Program-made: the position numbers and the translations under genes
Shown here: piece by piece, positions 48,401-56,468 of the stretch
How positions within the stretch are numbered: the stretch's first letter is position 1
How the letters are laid out: each line of letters starts with the position of its first letter
The notes under the pieces: generated by a model
Database searches by the model: none
What the model was told of the DNA's origin: nothing
Seen by the model: only the letters and a program-made list of their open reading frames with translations
IMG/VR virus record: IMGVR_UViG_3300033146_003955
Location: 64,001-128,000 of that record
From: a virus
Reading direction: 5' to 3' (one strand)
Length of the DNA stretch: 64,000 nucleotides

Positions 48401-49691
48401 AGGAACACAACCTCAACCGGGTAAATATCCAACGATAACAGCAGAAACAAAAAATAACGCATTACTTAATACTATTGCAATTGACATGACACCTCCTGGT
48501 AATACAGATAAAAATGGAATTAATGATAATAGTTTTATTGAAACAGATATCGGTTTAATAAGAAAGGGTGGAGAAGTTGATTTTTATGCATCGAAATATA
48601 GTACAACTGATGGCACAACGCCCTCCACAAGAAATGATTCCGCCAAACGGCCATTAAAGAAAGAAATTAAACCACAATATTATGTTGATAAAGAAGTTGT
48701 CAATTATGGCAAAGGGGTAACGAAAAATGCTGATGGTACAAATGTAAATGTAGTAACAGGAGAAATAACAAAAACAGCTTTGCATGGTGCAATGGTTGCA
48801 TTCGGTGCTGACGTCGACGATAACAATACCAGATTTGTGGCATATAATGACTCTAACTCTCAACTTGTATATACAGATACTCAAAAAATACAAGCAGAAA
48901 CAAAATCTGATTTTCATATGAAAATAAAAAATAAACTTGATTTTTTTCTAAAAGATAACAGGAAACAAACTTTAAAAGAAAAATGTATTATAGAAAACTA
49001 TGTTGACGACCTAGGATATATACTCGTTTATCCAGATTCTTCAAAAGAATATGATATTAACAATAATATGTTATTTACGATCCCATTTCAATTTAATCCC
49101 GAATTATCTGGTGAAACACGTTCTGCAGCTTGGGCAACACATACCGCTATTGGCCGAACTAATGAATTTCTTGTATGGGGTAATACATCAGCTCGTTCTC
49201 TTCAGTTTAAAACGACTATTGCAATTATTGCCCCAGAGAGTGGTAAAGATAGCAAAACAGGATCTGCAGATATATCCTTTAAAGATACGTATAATGGTAG
49301 TAATGGGCGTATGAATCCAATTTATGATGGTTGGGGACAGAGTTGGAATGAAACAAATATGTATAAAGTATTAAATGCGTATCGCGGTCTAGTTTTACCA
49401 GTAGATTATTCAACAGATAGAGCAGACACAAGTAGTAATATTATATCTCCTCCAGTTTTATCATTTACATTTGGAGAAGATATAACACAAACAAGATATT
49501 CAGGAGTTGAAGGACTTGTTAAATCTAAGTGGATTGCTACTGATGTTAATATCGATGCACGTATTGAAGCTGGATATACTGCAAAAAGAAATCCTAGAGT
49601 TTACGATATTACAATGACATTAAAAGAAGTATATGGTAATTTTAGAAGTTTTCAAACTCATAAACAACTTATATCGTCTGGAGGACAATAA
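42435..49691 (+). CDS. 2418-aa virion protein with C-terminal tube-initiator/baseplate-like domain
   Basis: C-terminal IPFQFNPE..ETRSA.W...IGR...RSLQF...SPPVL.FTFG; lies between tape measure and wedge genes. Confidence 0.65.
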   Translation: MANCDNTSNDSGNLGVGPGVPNPNIDSEILKPEQNIPPRESYKLGENFLEPDNKAQKGIRTLGSFGTQKNKNENDLTLPTGQRIKNEQEIQQAIERRGKDEAEPQMPISSTSKIDEKITQIKDSETKKSVDIASTETRPNKNLNEISISSDSKLKELNSINIKSDSKKDEQEVLESENRDIKIGDQIDLVSSRQIKDSSITITGEKNFKKDEVVEDTNTHEKKDSPSMEVSGANGNQVKVENDINTTAPVVNDKFFNEKDLNVVDIFKNSKKDEVVNVHDSTGKKSESDLGPEEDHTLKFEMDIPSTISVNKTEEEIAGTIPTEKTEEEIADTTSTEKTEEEIADTTSTEKTEEEIADTTSTEKDLQEIADTISTEKDLQEIADTISTEKDLQEIEEATASQGKPTDVQITTEASSSVNASPITILEAETGGSALSYNVNTPASEQIIENDYDTTSVLRNKDVADNSASRADSEGNVTFIDENGNVNTTIRKIKDSTNTVSALASAGFNPTTTNGEIDTELYDNAVKVLYEDNVLSSNYSTNNNANKNYEYELNTNIKANREIESNEGLLEKETLKQETTTDTHSKIGDVLSDPDQRNERYDYTELENDGQVIKGSGDAIGARDFKSIDVSSDGIINQELYPNDPVNIPESANVIDKNISNIYHENFIYDDFGNERNTDISSESNVGLFDSETPKKEVTDPTNQLNLEKPNDQLQNRPEYVGDNNTNDEIKGIRDNKLNGITNENIIHSNYEASIKIDNAVLNAGEERESGQENTNHDYSNYISSRNVENDFIDTTVHEQNTPRKTVVPPNNIIGNTEPLTQLQDRSEYVGDNDINDRIKGVRDNKLDGITNENIIHSNYESEYKINEAAQFNAVTTDDVISGQDKSNFNYDSVQIKRPYSKLSESTINSESFVHGVTQTDETNVVYQDDDTDGYTGQVNVQDVLTVTRLDRNVEYTLNDIDKTKLKIDATTVNSEGDITDIDFNNYNQQPGDFDDGNANEYIPNRDAINYVIDDPATEDVNEMADAAIFQKQQVDNFDYTDILVKSSGKISGTPSVRGAKDFRYIGASKVPGSIATTSNQKYADLLDTKNIDYGSAKVEEAFLAEFGLETIEEWKTQGVYLENVRNKIGEVDFNLYREDNNGDYSSIQETTNFTYSTLASDGSEITIFNIKEGDIASKNSFYKTLEGNNEFGENDYAFPTAIAINNNVDINSDRWQETTSRDIIMSDLSEVDWFTLVAAGMGVTSALSTASNLVDTIEDLSNPQGFSDFSINDDTQNVLRRLTFVNAASIVYNVKSNITLEGSAGSGVLGYVDSVSEVATSFGALQNHPAAWTMSRLRAINPKNERDVLPATNVAIQGSRGEVKGDASGNWNGWLDGEEWDIENSFAAKYSSMANFRDAVIEGKAGQLNIFNSDRKIRPSSGTEGKDAMSYDEWDGQWTEIDGMTFINEWTGNVNITASWLQPTEYQAIYNFSQHVNGKDKIDVEKLWNINKDRTKHRKGAYTSKLWGLASEFFTPNADGIYRQDLNTNIESNFNSAKDDNINNFPAPFTTNSIYMAEDGDTKGTLGSYKILFPDVEKGWHANNTTYYINKDVLTKINDKSTKIFDGMFHVKSDQTFYGELMANASLGAGKVIYTDYKGKSLNPTVDNELDIDPHFIDAGLNDILIPLTGVENLTGKDLFYKELIKDDKNENLEGFKHFNWTNWKNSQDKHNIFQGLWNIDTMAEGNEAVNERMAISNIKRYETINIFYDELMTNKTNITENNYHPEYQDAEGNLGDPHLGQFQIDYTTTGGTETPIYNTGIAHAQGKDLFAYNMATQTFGKEEDLFSWSRIGSLSEQDTDYNYWNMMGIINNENRLAGGEFQNIKTIKNSINIVNFKYRGKLSGSGLTNKSANNRFSYDDFRFMDSSNQITKTINILDENGAITNSNLGEDLAFFNDDNYALSALAVNVPTIVEYDKFTFGTDETGSRDGITDKLIESAPFAQSAFGGTQPQPGKYPTITAETKNNALLNTIAIDMTPPGNTDKNGINDNSFIETDIGLIRKGGEVDFYASKYSTTDGTTPSTRNDSAKRPLKKEIKPQYYVDKEVVNYGKGVTKNADGTNVNVVTGEITKTALHGAMVAFGADVDDNNTRFVAYNDSNSQLVYTDTQKIQAETKSDFHMKIKNKLDFFLKDNRKQTLKEKCIIENYVDDLGYILVYPDSSKEYDINNNMLFTIPFQFNPELSGETRSAAWATHTAIGRTNEFLVWGNTSARSLQFKTTIAIIAPESGKDSKTGSADISFKDTYNGSNGRMNPIYDGWGQSWNETNMYKVLNAYRGLVLPVDYSTDRADTSSNIISPPVLSFTFGEDITQTRYSGVEGLVKSKWIATDVNIDARIEAGYTAKRNPRVYDITMTLKEVYGNFRSFQTHKQLISSGGQ
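43368..43620 (+). repeat. 39-nt coding tandem repeat (K(TE/DL)xEIADTxSTE) x~6.5
   Basis: Two sub-variants, near perfect. Confidence 0.9.
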
Positions 49692-50032
49692 TGGCTAAAA
49701 AAAATTCGTCTGCTATGCCTAGTTTTGGTAGAGAGAGTAAAATGGGAAGATATAACTTAATTTTTGATAATAATGTGCAACAGGTAAGAGCTGGCTTTTT
49801 TGATAAAACGTTATATAAAATAAATACCAATGTTCAAAAGGATGATTTTATTTGGACAGTTGAACCTGGATTTGAATATAGAACAGATTTGATATCTAAT
49901 AAATTTTATGGTACAGCGAAATATGATTGGATTATCGAAGAAATAAATAATATAAAAGATCCTATTAAGGATGTAAAAATAGGCACTAAATTAAGATTTA
50001 TGTCTAAATCACGTTTATTTGGTTTAATATAA
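49691..50032 (+). CDS. Baseplate wedge gp53/LysM-like protein
   Basis: EYRTDLISNKFYG...WIIEEINNI.DP...GTKL. Confidence 0.8.
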   Translation: MAKKNSSAMPSFGRESKMGRYNLIFDNNVQQVRAGFFDKTLYKINTNVQKDDFIWTVEPGFEYRTDLISNKFYGTAKYDWIIEEINNIKDPIKDVKIGTKLRFMSKSRLFGLI

Positions 50033-50042
50033 AGGAGTTAAA

Positions 50043-50924
50043 ATGTCGGTAGAAATGGCTGGAATTTTCCGGGCAGAAGTTTTAGATACATCAATGTTTA
50101 AAGAATCAGGTCGTATTAAAATACATGTAAAAGGTGTTAATACTCCAGAAGCATATGAAATGGCCGCTGTAATGACTCCATTTGGTGGTCTCCCGAACAT
50201 GGGTATGCAAGCTCTTCCACCAATTGGTGCATATGGTTTAGTTCTATTTGAGAGGGAGAGAGATCAAAATCCTATATGGATGGGAAGTTTAATGCGGTAT
50301 TGGGGTGAAGAACTAAATGATAATACAGCGCACCCTGTTGAAGCCGAGGACCCCACAGATTTTGTAATTAAAACACAATACACCTCTATTGACGATCAAG
50401 AACTAGATGGGAACAATAAGGTTGAAAATGTTATAAAAATGAATGAAGAAGCCATAACTCTTTCCAAAATACAGCAAGGTGGAAATTATGAATACCAAGT
50501 TGAAGGTTATGATTCTAACGAAGAATTTCCAGCTAATACAATAACGATAAAAGATGATGAAATACGCTTGAAGGTCAGAACAGATGGCGATGATGCTGAC
50601 AGGGTTTTTGTGGTTAACGGTGACGAATTACGTCTTGAGTGGGGAAGCGATCAAACTATGACTGTAACTGAAGATAAAACTATTATTAAAAATGGCGAAG
50701 CAGATATTACAGTATATAACGATGGTAAGGTTGAAATTAATGCTGAAAAAATACATCTTAATGGTACTGATGGCACTGGAGTATTTTATGAAGGAATACG
50801 TGATTTTATAAATAATGCATTTAATAGTCATACACACGGAACACCATCAGGGCCATCATCTCCGCCCATAGCACCATATACATCTATATCTACAGCGAAA
50901 TCCTCAAACGTGAAGTTATCATAG
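50043..50924 (+). CDS. Baseplate central spike (gp5/gpV-like)
   Basis: GRIKI OB-fold, LPPIGA, P.W.G, beta-repeat region, HTH apex FNSHTH. Confidence 0.8.
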   Translation: MSVEMAGIFRAEVLDTSMFKESGRIKIHVKGVNTPEAYEMAAVMTPFGGLPNMGMQALPPIGAYGLVLFERERDQNPIWMGSLMRYWGEELNDNTAHPVEAEDPTDFVIKTQYTSIDDQELDGNNKVENVIKMNEEAITLSKIQQGGNYEYQVEGYDSNEEFPANTITIKDDEIRLKVRTDGDDADRVFVVNGDELRLEWGSDQTMTVTEDKTIIKNGEADITVYNDGKVEINAEKIHLNGTDGTGVFYEGIRDFINNAFNSHTHGTPSGPSSPPIAPYTSISTAKSSNVKLS

Positions 50925-50937
50925 CATAATTAAATAT

Positions 50938-52548
50938 ATGATATTAAAAGTAAATGGTATAACAGTTGAAACGAAAATAAAATATACAACTGTTAGAGGT
51001 GCTAATTCCATTAAAATAAATGGAAATTATATATTAAAAAAAAATGATAATATAATATTTAAATGTTGTATATGCAATAAAGAAAAAAATCAAAAATTTA
51101 GATTTAAACCCAAATTTATAGAAGATGATATAATATGTGATTCATGCAATAGAAGTATAAATAATCCATTTAAAAGAAATGATGTTAAAGAAAAGATCAA
51201 AAATACAAATTTAAAACGTTATAACGTTAAAAATTCAATGCAAAATAAAGAGATATTAAAAAAAGCACAACAAAAACAAAAAGATAATAATAATGGTGTT
51301 CTAGCCTTCAATTCAGATAAACAAAAAAAAACCTTAAAAAAAAAATATGGTAATGAAGTAATATTTAAAACGCAACACTTTAAAGAAAAAACAAAAAAAA
51401 CTTTATTAAAAAATTATGGCGTTGAAAATCCAATGAAATCTGATATTATTAAAAATAAAACCAAATCTACAATGAAAAAACGATATGGAAACGAAATAAT
51501 ATATAAATCTATTTATTTTAAAAAAAAATCTAAAAAAACAATACAAGAAAGATATGGTGTAGATTATATTATACAAAATCCCGAAATTAAAGAAAAAATA
51601 GAAAATACCATGATTACGCGTTATGGATCTAAAACATTTTTAACATCAAATAGATATATTGCTATGGGAATTAATACTAATACATCTAAAACTCATTATG
51701 AAATAATTTCATTTATTAAAAGTTTTAATATAACAAATATTAAAATAAATAATAGAAAAATTATATCTCCTATGGAACTAGATATTTATTTGCCTGATCA
51801 TAATATCGCTATTGAATTTGATGGTCTTTACTGGCACTCTGATAAGTTTAAAGAGAAAAACTATCATATCAATAAAACCCTTCAGTGTGAGGCTAAAAAC
51901 ATTCATCTTATACACATCTTTGAAGATGAGTGGGCTAACAAGAGAGGAATAATTGAAGCTCGGTTAAAAAATCTTTTAGGTTTAAACTCTAAAAGAATTG
52001 GAGCCAGAAAAACTATAATAAAAGAAATTAGCCCTAAAGTTAAAAATGCTTTCTTAGAAAAACATCATATACAAGGAGAAGATAAAAGTAATATTAAGTT
52101 GGGTGCTTATTATAGGAACGAATTAATTGGTGTTATGACTTTTTCTAAACCTAGAATATTTATGAGCAAAAAAGCTAAAGATGGAAGTTGGGAACTTAGT
52201 AGATTTGCTACTATACCGGATACATATACACCAGGATTAGCTTCTAAAATGCTTAAATATTTTGAGAGAGGTTGGAATCCTAAGCTGATAGAATCATTTG
52301 CAGATAGAAGATGGAGCCAAGGTAATTTATATAAAAAATTAGGTTTTGAACTTGCAAGTCAAACTAATCCTAATTATTATTATTTTAAAAATTTAAAACG
52401 ATGGCATAGATATAAATTTAGAAAATCAGAACTTACCAAGTTTGATAATTATACACCAGAAAAGACTGAGAAAGAAATAATGAACGAAGCCGGATGGGGT
52501 AGAATATATGATTGTGGTAATTATAAATTTACAAAAGATTATTTTTAG
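50938..52548 (+). mobile_element. Hef-like homing endonuclease
   Basis: KxYGVENP repeats, ELDIY..IAIEFDGLYWH, IHIFEDEW, C-terminal WELSRFA..ADRRWSQG..IYDCG. Confidence 0.85.
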
Positions 52549-52765
52549 TCGTCTCTATTAAAAGGATTTGTTCTATAAGTTCAGACGGGAGCCATATACT
52601 TTCTTTTTTAGGAAAAACTGTTTCAACGTTCCACACACTTTTCTCAACAACCCAGCCATTCTTTTCTTGTTCAAATTCATAAGATATAATTGTTTTATTA
52701 TCATCGCTTCGCATCTCAGCTTTATGAACCGTTTTCTCTTCTTTGCTCAACTTATATTTACCCAT
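52529..52765 (-). CDS. Hypothetical protein
   Basis: 78-aa ORF convergent with the HEG. Confidence 0.55.
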   Translation of the reverse strand: MGKYKLSKEEKTVHKAEMRSDDNKTIISYEFEQEKNGWVVEKSVWNVETVFPKKESIWLPSELIEQILLIETTKNNLL

Positions 52766-52780
52766 ATAAATAACTATGCT

Positions 52781-53632
52781 TCAATTTGGATCATCATTGG
52801 GGTCATATGATGCTCTATATACTTCTAACGCCCAATGTCCATGTGCGTTTTCTACACCTACAACATCCGGTATTGTTACTTCTGCACGAAAAATAGTCCC
52901 AGGAGGGGCAGGATTTTCTGCTGCACTCTCAGTATTTAACTCATCTCCCATTGGACACGAGCCTTCCATATGATATTTTACCACCCAATGCATAAATGGT
53001 ACAGGAAGAGGACCAGCTAATTGATATGATTTAACAATATTTTGTTTGGAGTCTAATACTTTTTTAGGGAAGTATGAACCACCAGGAGATACAAGCCAAA
53101 GATCAATATATGAACCTTTAGGCATGTTGAAGAAATAGAATGTTCCTTCTTTAATATAAACATAACTTGAATAAGTCCAATCTATTCTTTGTCTTTTAAA
53201 ACCAGCAGGAGCATCAATCCATCTTGTATCATTTCCGGGAGCTGCAAAATCATAAACAAAATCTACACCACTACCCATTTTACCAGTTATCATGTCATCA
53301 CCAGCGCCAGAAAATACTACATCCCAATTGTTACGTCTAGAATCAGATCTAACAACCCATCGCCCTAACTCGTCAACTTCTGTAGCACGTTGTATTTTTC
53401 TAATGAGATCAAGGCCTTCGGAAAGTGAAAGGTCTCTCAACCCATCACTTACCTGAATTTTATCTGTACCCATTATTAAAAGTTCTAATAAATCGTCAGA
53501 TGATGCTAATTCTATTAATCTGCTTTCATTGCCGCCCAGATCTATAGCACCATTAGCAAGGATTTTAACGTCTCCTAAGTCTGATATAATAAATTCTTCA
53601 TCTGTATGGTTTTTTATAATTCTTTGTGCCAT
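52781..53632 (-). CDS. Probable virion protein with shared N-terminal anchor domain
   Basis: IIKNHT..FIISDLG resembles N-termini of 54077 and 62434; GGAG SD. Confidence 0.65.
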   Translation of the reverse strand: MAQRIIKNHTDEEFIISDLGDVKILANGAIDLGGNESRLIELASSDDLLELLIMGTDKIQVSDGLRDLSLSEGLDLIRKIQRATEVDELGRWVVRSDSRRNNWDVVFSGAGDDMITGKMGSGVDFVYDFAAPGNDTRWIDAPAGFKRQRIDWTYSSYVYIKEGTFYFFNMPKGSYIDLWLVSPGGSYFPKKVLDSKQNIVKSYQLAGPLPVPFMHWVVKYHMEGSCPMGDELNTESAAENPAPPGTIFRAEVTIPDVVGVENAHGHWALEVYRASYDPNDDPN

Positions 53633-53651
53633 TTAATACTCCATTACTTTT

Positions 53652-53879
53652 TTACAATGTCCAAGACTTTATTTTTTCGCTTAATAATAATTTAATTATT
53701 TGCCGATTTAAATCTGAATCACCCGTTATAGGATCTTCAAACTTAAAATGATATTCTTTTTTTTCATATACTTCATTGGTTTCAGGATAAAACAACAAAC
53801 ATTTAATTATTTTATCCTCCAATATTTCTATAGGAACTACCAAACCATCAAACGTATAAATTCTATACAATTCAATCAT
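53652..53879 (-). CDS. Small protein, C-terminal tag family (RQIIKLLL)
   Basis: GGAG SD, ATGA overlap. Confidence 0.6.
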   Translation of the reverse strand: MIELYRIYTFDGLVVPIEILEDKIIKCLLFYPETNEVYEKKEYHFKFEDPITGDSDLNRQIIKLLLSEKIKSWTL

Positions 53880-54061
53880 ACTAACTCCAGCTGCTCTTTA
53901 AATAACATCTTAATTAATGCCCCTTTATTTAGGTTATCTTCTAACTCCCCTTCCAATACTTCTTCAATTTCTTCTTTTATTTTTGTATGAGCAACTTTCG
54001 CTATCTTCTCGCCAAATAATAACTCGTATTCTCTTATAATATAGGTAAAATTAGTAATCAT
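53876..54061 (-). CDS. Small protein, C-terminal tag family (LIKMLFKE)
   Basis: Coupled ORF. Confidence 0.55.
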   Translation of the reverse strand: MITNFTYIIREYELLFGEKIAKVAHTKIKEEIEEVLEGELEDNLNKGALIKMLFKEQLELV

Positions 54062-54076
54062 ACTGAATAAGTTTAA

Positions 54077-56203
54077 TCATATTCGCCTCTTAACTATTGC
54101 CCAGGCTTGTGGTCTATCAGCATCATTATCATGACCATCCATATAAAAACTTAATATATCATTTTCATTAAAATTTACATTTAAATTATTAACACTATTT
54201 TTATAATCATTATTATAATATACTCGTGCACTAGTATTATTACCATTTTTTCTAATAACAATTGAATTTGAACAATTATCATCATTACTCACAATACTCA
54301 TGGCTACTATAACACCATCCCATGGAGCACACCACCCAATATGATTATTCATTGATGTTCCATTAAACATTTTTAAATATTTATCTTTAACATTATTAGC
54401 GTTATATCCACCACCAATTGTCATACTGAATGTAGATACCCAACTACTTCTTGTAGCATCGTATAAATATAATTCACCATCTCTTATACATAACTCTCCA
54501 CCACTTAACCATCGATTAGGAGTGTATCCAAGAGGTGGAAGTTTAATAGGTGCAAATCCTCTAGACGCATTAAATTCTACACTTCCTGCATCTACACTTA
54601 TTATTCTACCTTCACCATTACTATACATATTGTTATTATCATAAGCATCATCTAGACTAATCAATCCACCACCTAAATCGCTATGTGTATGGAGCCCAGC
54701 AGCATCGCTTCCATTTGTTAGGGTCTCCAATTCAACTCCTGTCACGTTAGTTGTAGAATCATTAGAGCTAATTCTATTATAATCTATCCCATTTAATAAA
54801 TTATCGGTTTGTGTTTTTGAATAATACCTTTCATCATGATTATGAAATACATTAGCATAAGTATCTAGTAAATCATCAGTTTCATCTTCTGTATAATATC
54901 TCCCATCATGGTTATGAAGATCGGTATCTTGTCCAGATGTTAATTCATCTGCACTATCTTGTGATATCGGATGTGATACATTAGTAACTGGTGGGGAAGT
55001 ATTATTTGCCAACCATATCCATCCGTTAACTTCATCATTCCAAGTATAAAAACCTTCATCGTACGTTATACCATAAAAAGATCCATTGATTATAGTTTGA
55101 AAATCATTTTCAGATAATTCACCTTCTTGTAAGAAAAATTCATCTATTTTAATTGAATCATCAGGGCCATGTTGTTCTTCTATATTATATCCAAAATAAA
55201 GATAATCACTTTCCTGCACAATTGTTCCACCATCATTAAGAGATTCTTCTTTATTTAAGATACCATTTATATAAATCTTTACCATTTTAGATACATTTGA
55301 ATAAGAAAAACCTATATGTGTCCATGTATCTTTAGATATTTTTGTTGGTGCATGAGGTTCTTTGTGACCTTCATCCGTACCAACCCAAAATTTAGGTCTT
55401 CCATCTTTTAGCAAAAGATACATTCCTTTTTTAGGACCTTTTTTCCACATATGAAATAAAGGATTATACTTCTCATAATGATCTACAGTACTATAAATCC
55501 ACATTCCACCTGATATTTCTCCTGGTGTAAATGACTTAACTGTCGGCGAATATCTAGCCCTCTCATCATCTGTTCCATCACCATCCCAGCCACGAAATGA
55601 AACGGCTTGATTTACTCTACCTTCAGACCAAACTGCAATATTACTATTAATAGTTTCAGTATAATTCCCAACTTCATCATCGAAATTACCATCTAATTTA
55701 GTGAAAAGAATAGTATCATCATTTATGGTGTATTGACCATCATTATTACCGTCACCACTTGTACCTCTAACAATCCATATTTCACCTTCAACTCCAGTTG
55801 CTGGTAAATTATCCTTATAATCAACAGCACCCTTTATACCAAATGCAGCAGCATTAGAAATCATCCCATCAATTTGTGCTTGTGTATAATATGCCGAACT
55901 ATGATCATGTATCAAAGGCGCTTTTTCACTTAACAAATTATCAGTTTCAGTAATATTATAGTAACCAGATAAATCTGTATTTAAACTTAAATATATTATG
56001 GCTTCTTCCGGAATTAAATCGTTAGAACCATTATTTACAACAATTGAATTATCGTTTATTAAAGAAATTAACTCGGTAGAATCTTCAAACTCTAATATAT
56101 CAGTCCAATTAAGAGTAATTTCTTCTCCTACTCCAACTCTTATTCCTAAATTGGCTAGTTTTATTTCTGATGCAGTTGTATTTTTTAAAATTACTATATT
56201 CAC
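54077..56203 (-). CDS. Tail fibre/adhesin with LamG domain
   Basis: HxHxxRYY motifs, WTHIGFSY..KIYING LamG; C-terminal domain paralogous to 56469. Confidence 0.8.
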   Translation of the reverse strand: MNIVILKNTTASEIKLANLGIRVGVGEEITLNWTDILEFEDSTELISLINDNSIVVNNGSNDLIPEEAIIYLSLNTDLSGYYNITETDNLLSEKAPLIHDHSSAYYTQAQIDGMISNAAAFGIKGAVDYKDNLPATGVEGEIWIVRGTSGDGNNDGQYTINDDTILFTKLDGNFDDEVGNYTETINSNIAVWSEGRVNQAVSFRGWDGDGTDDERARYSPTVKSFTPGEISGGMWIYSTVDHYEKYNPLFHMWKKGPKKGMYLLLKDGRPKFWVGTDEGHKEPHAPTKISKDTWTHIGFSYSNVSKMVKIYINGILNKEESLNDGGTIVQESDYLYFGYNIEEQHGPDDSIKIDEFFLQEGELSENDFQTIINGSFYGITYDEGFYTWNDEVNGWIWLANNTSPPVTNVSHPISQDSADELTSGQDTDLHNHDGRYYTEDETDDLLDTYANVFHNHDERYYSKTQTDNLLNGIDYNRISSNDSTTNVTGVELETLTNGSDAAGLHTHSDLGGGLISLDDAYDNNNMYSNGEGRIISVDAGSVEFNASRGFAPIKLPPLGYTPNRWLSGGELCIRDGELYLYDATRSSWVSTFSMTIGGGYNANNVKDKYLKMFNGTSMNNHIGWCAPWDGVIVAMSIVSNDDNCSNSIVIRKNGNNTSARVYYNNDYKNSVNNLNVNFNENDILSFYMDGHDNDADRPQAWAIVKRRI

Positions 56204-56206
56204 AAT

Positions 56207-56467
56207 TTAAACTCCATTAAAAACTTCTTGTATTATTTGTTTTTGAGCATCTTCCATAGTATTACATCTATCTTTGGCTTTAATTTTTTCATCAAAATCA
56301 TTATTAAGCCAATATAATAAGTCATCTTCTTCATCACTCATATATGTATATACATCAATTATATTATTAGTAATAACCCTGTTACTTATAGTATCATAGT
56401 TAATAATAAATATATCAGCATATTCTATTCCATCTGGCTTTAAAACGTACCCAGTATATTTAATCAT
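56207..56467 (-). CDS. Small protein, C-terminal tag family (KQIIQEVF)
   Basis: Sits between two fibre genes. Confidence 0.6.
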   Translation of the reverse strand: MIKYTGYVLKPDGIEYADIFIINYDTISNRVITNNIIDVYTYMSDEEDDLLYWLNNDFDEKIKAKDRCNTMEDAQKQIIQEVFNGV

Positions 56468-56468
56468 A

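Noticed and set aside
38198-48917. Antisense and alternate-frame ORFs in the track (also 302-769, 3348-4333, 23942-24406, 57425-57766)
   Set aside because: Shadows of long genes or repeats, without SD or recognisable motifs
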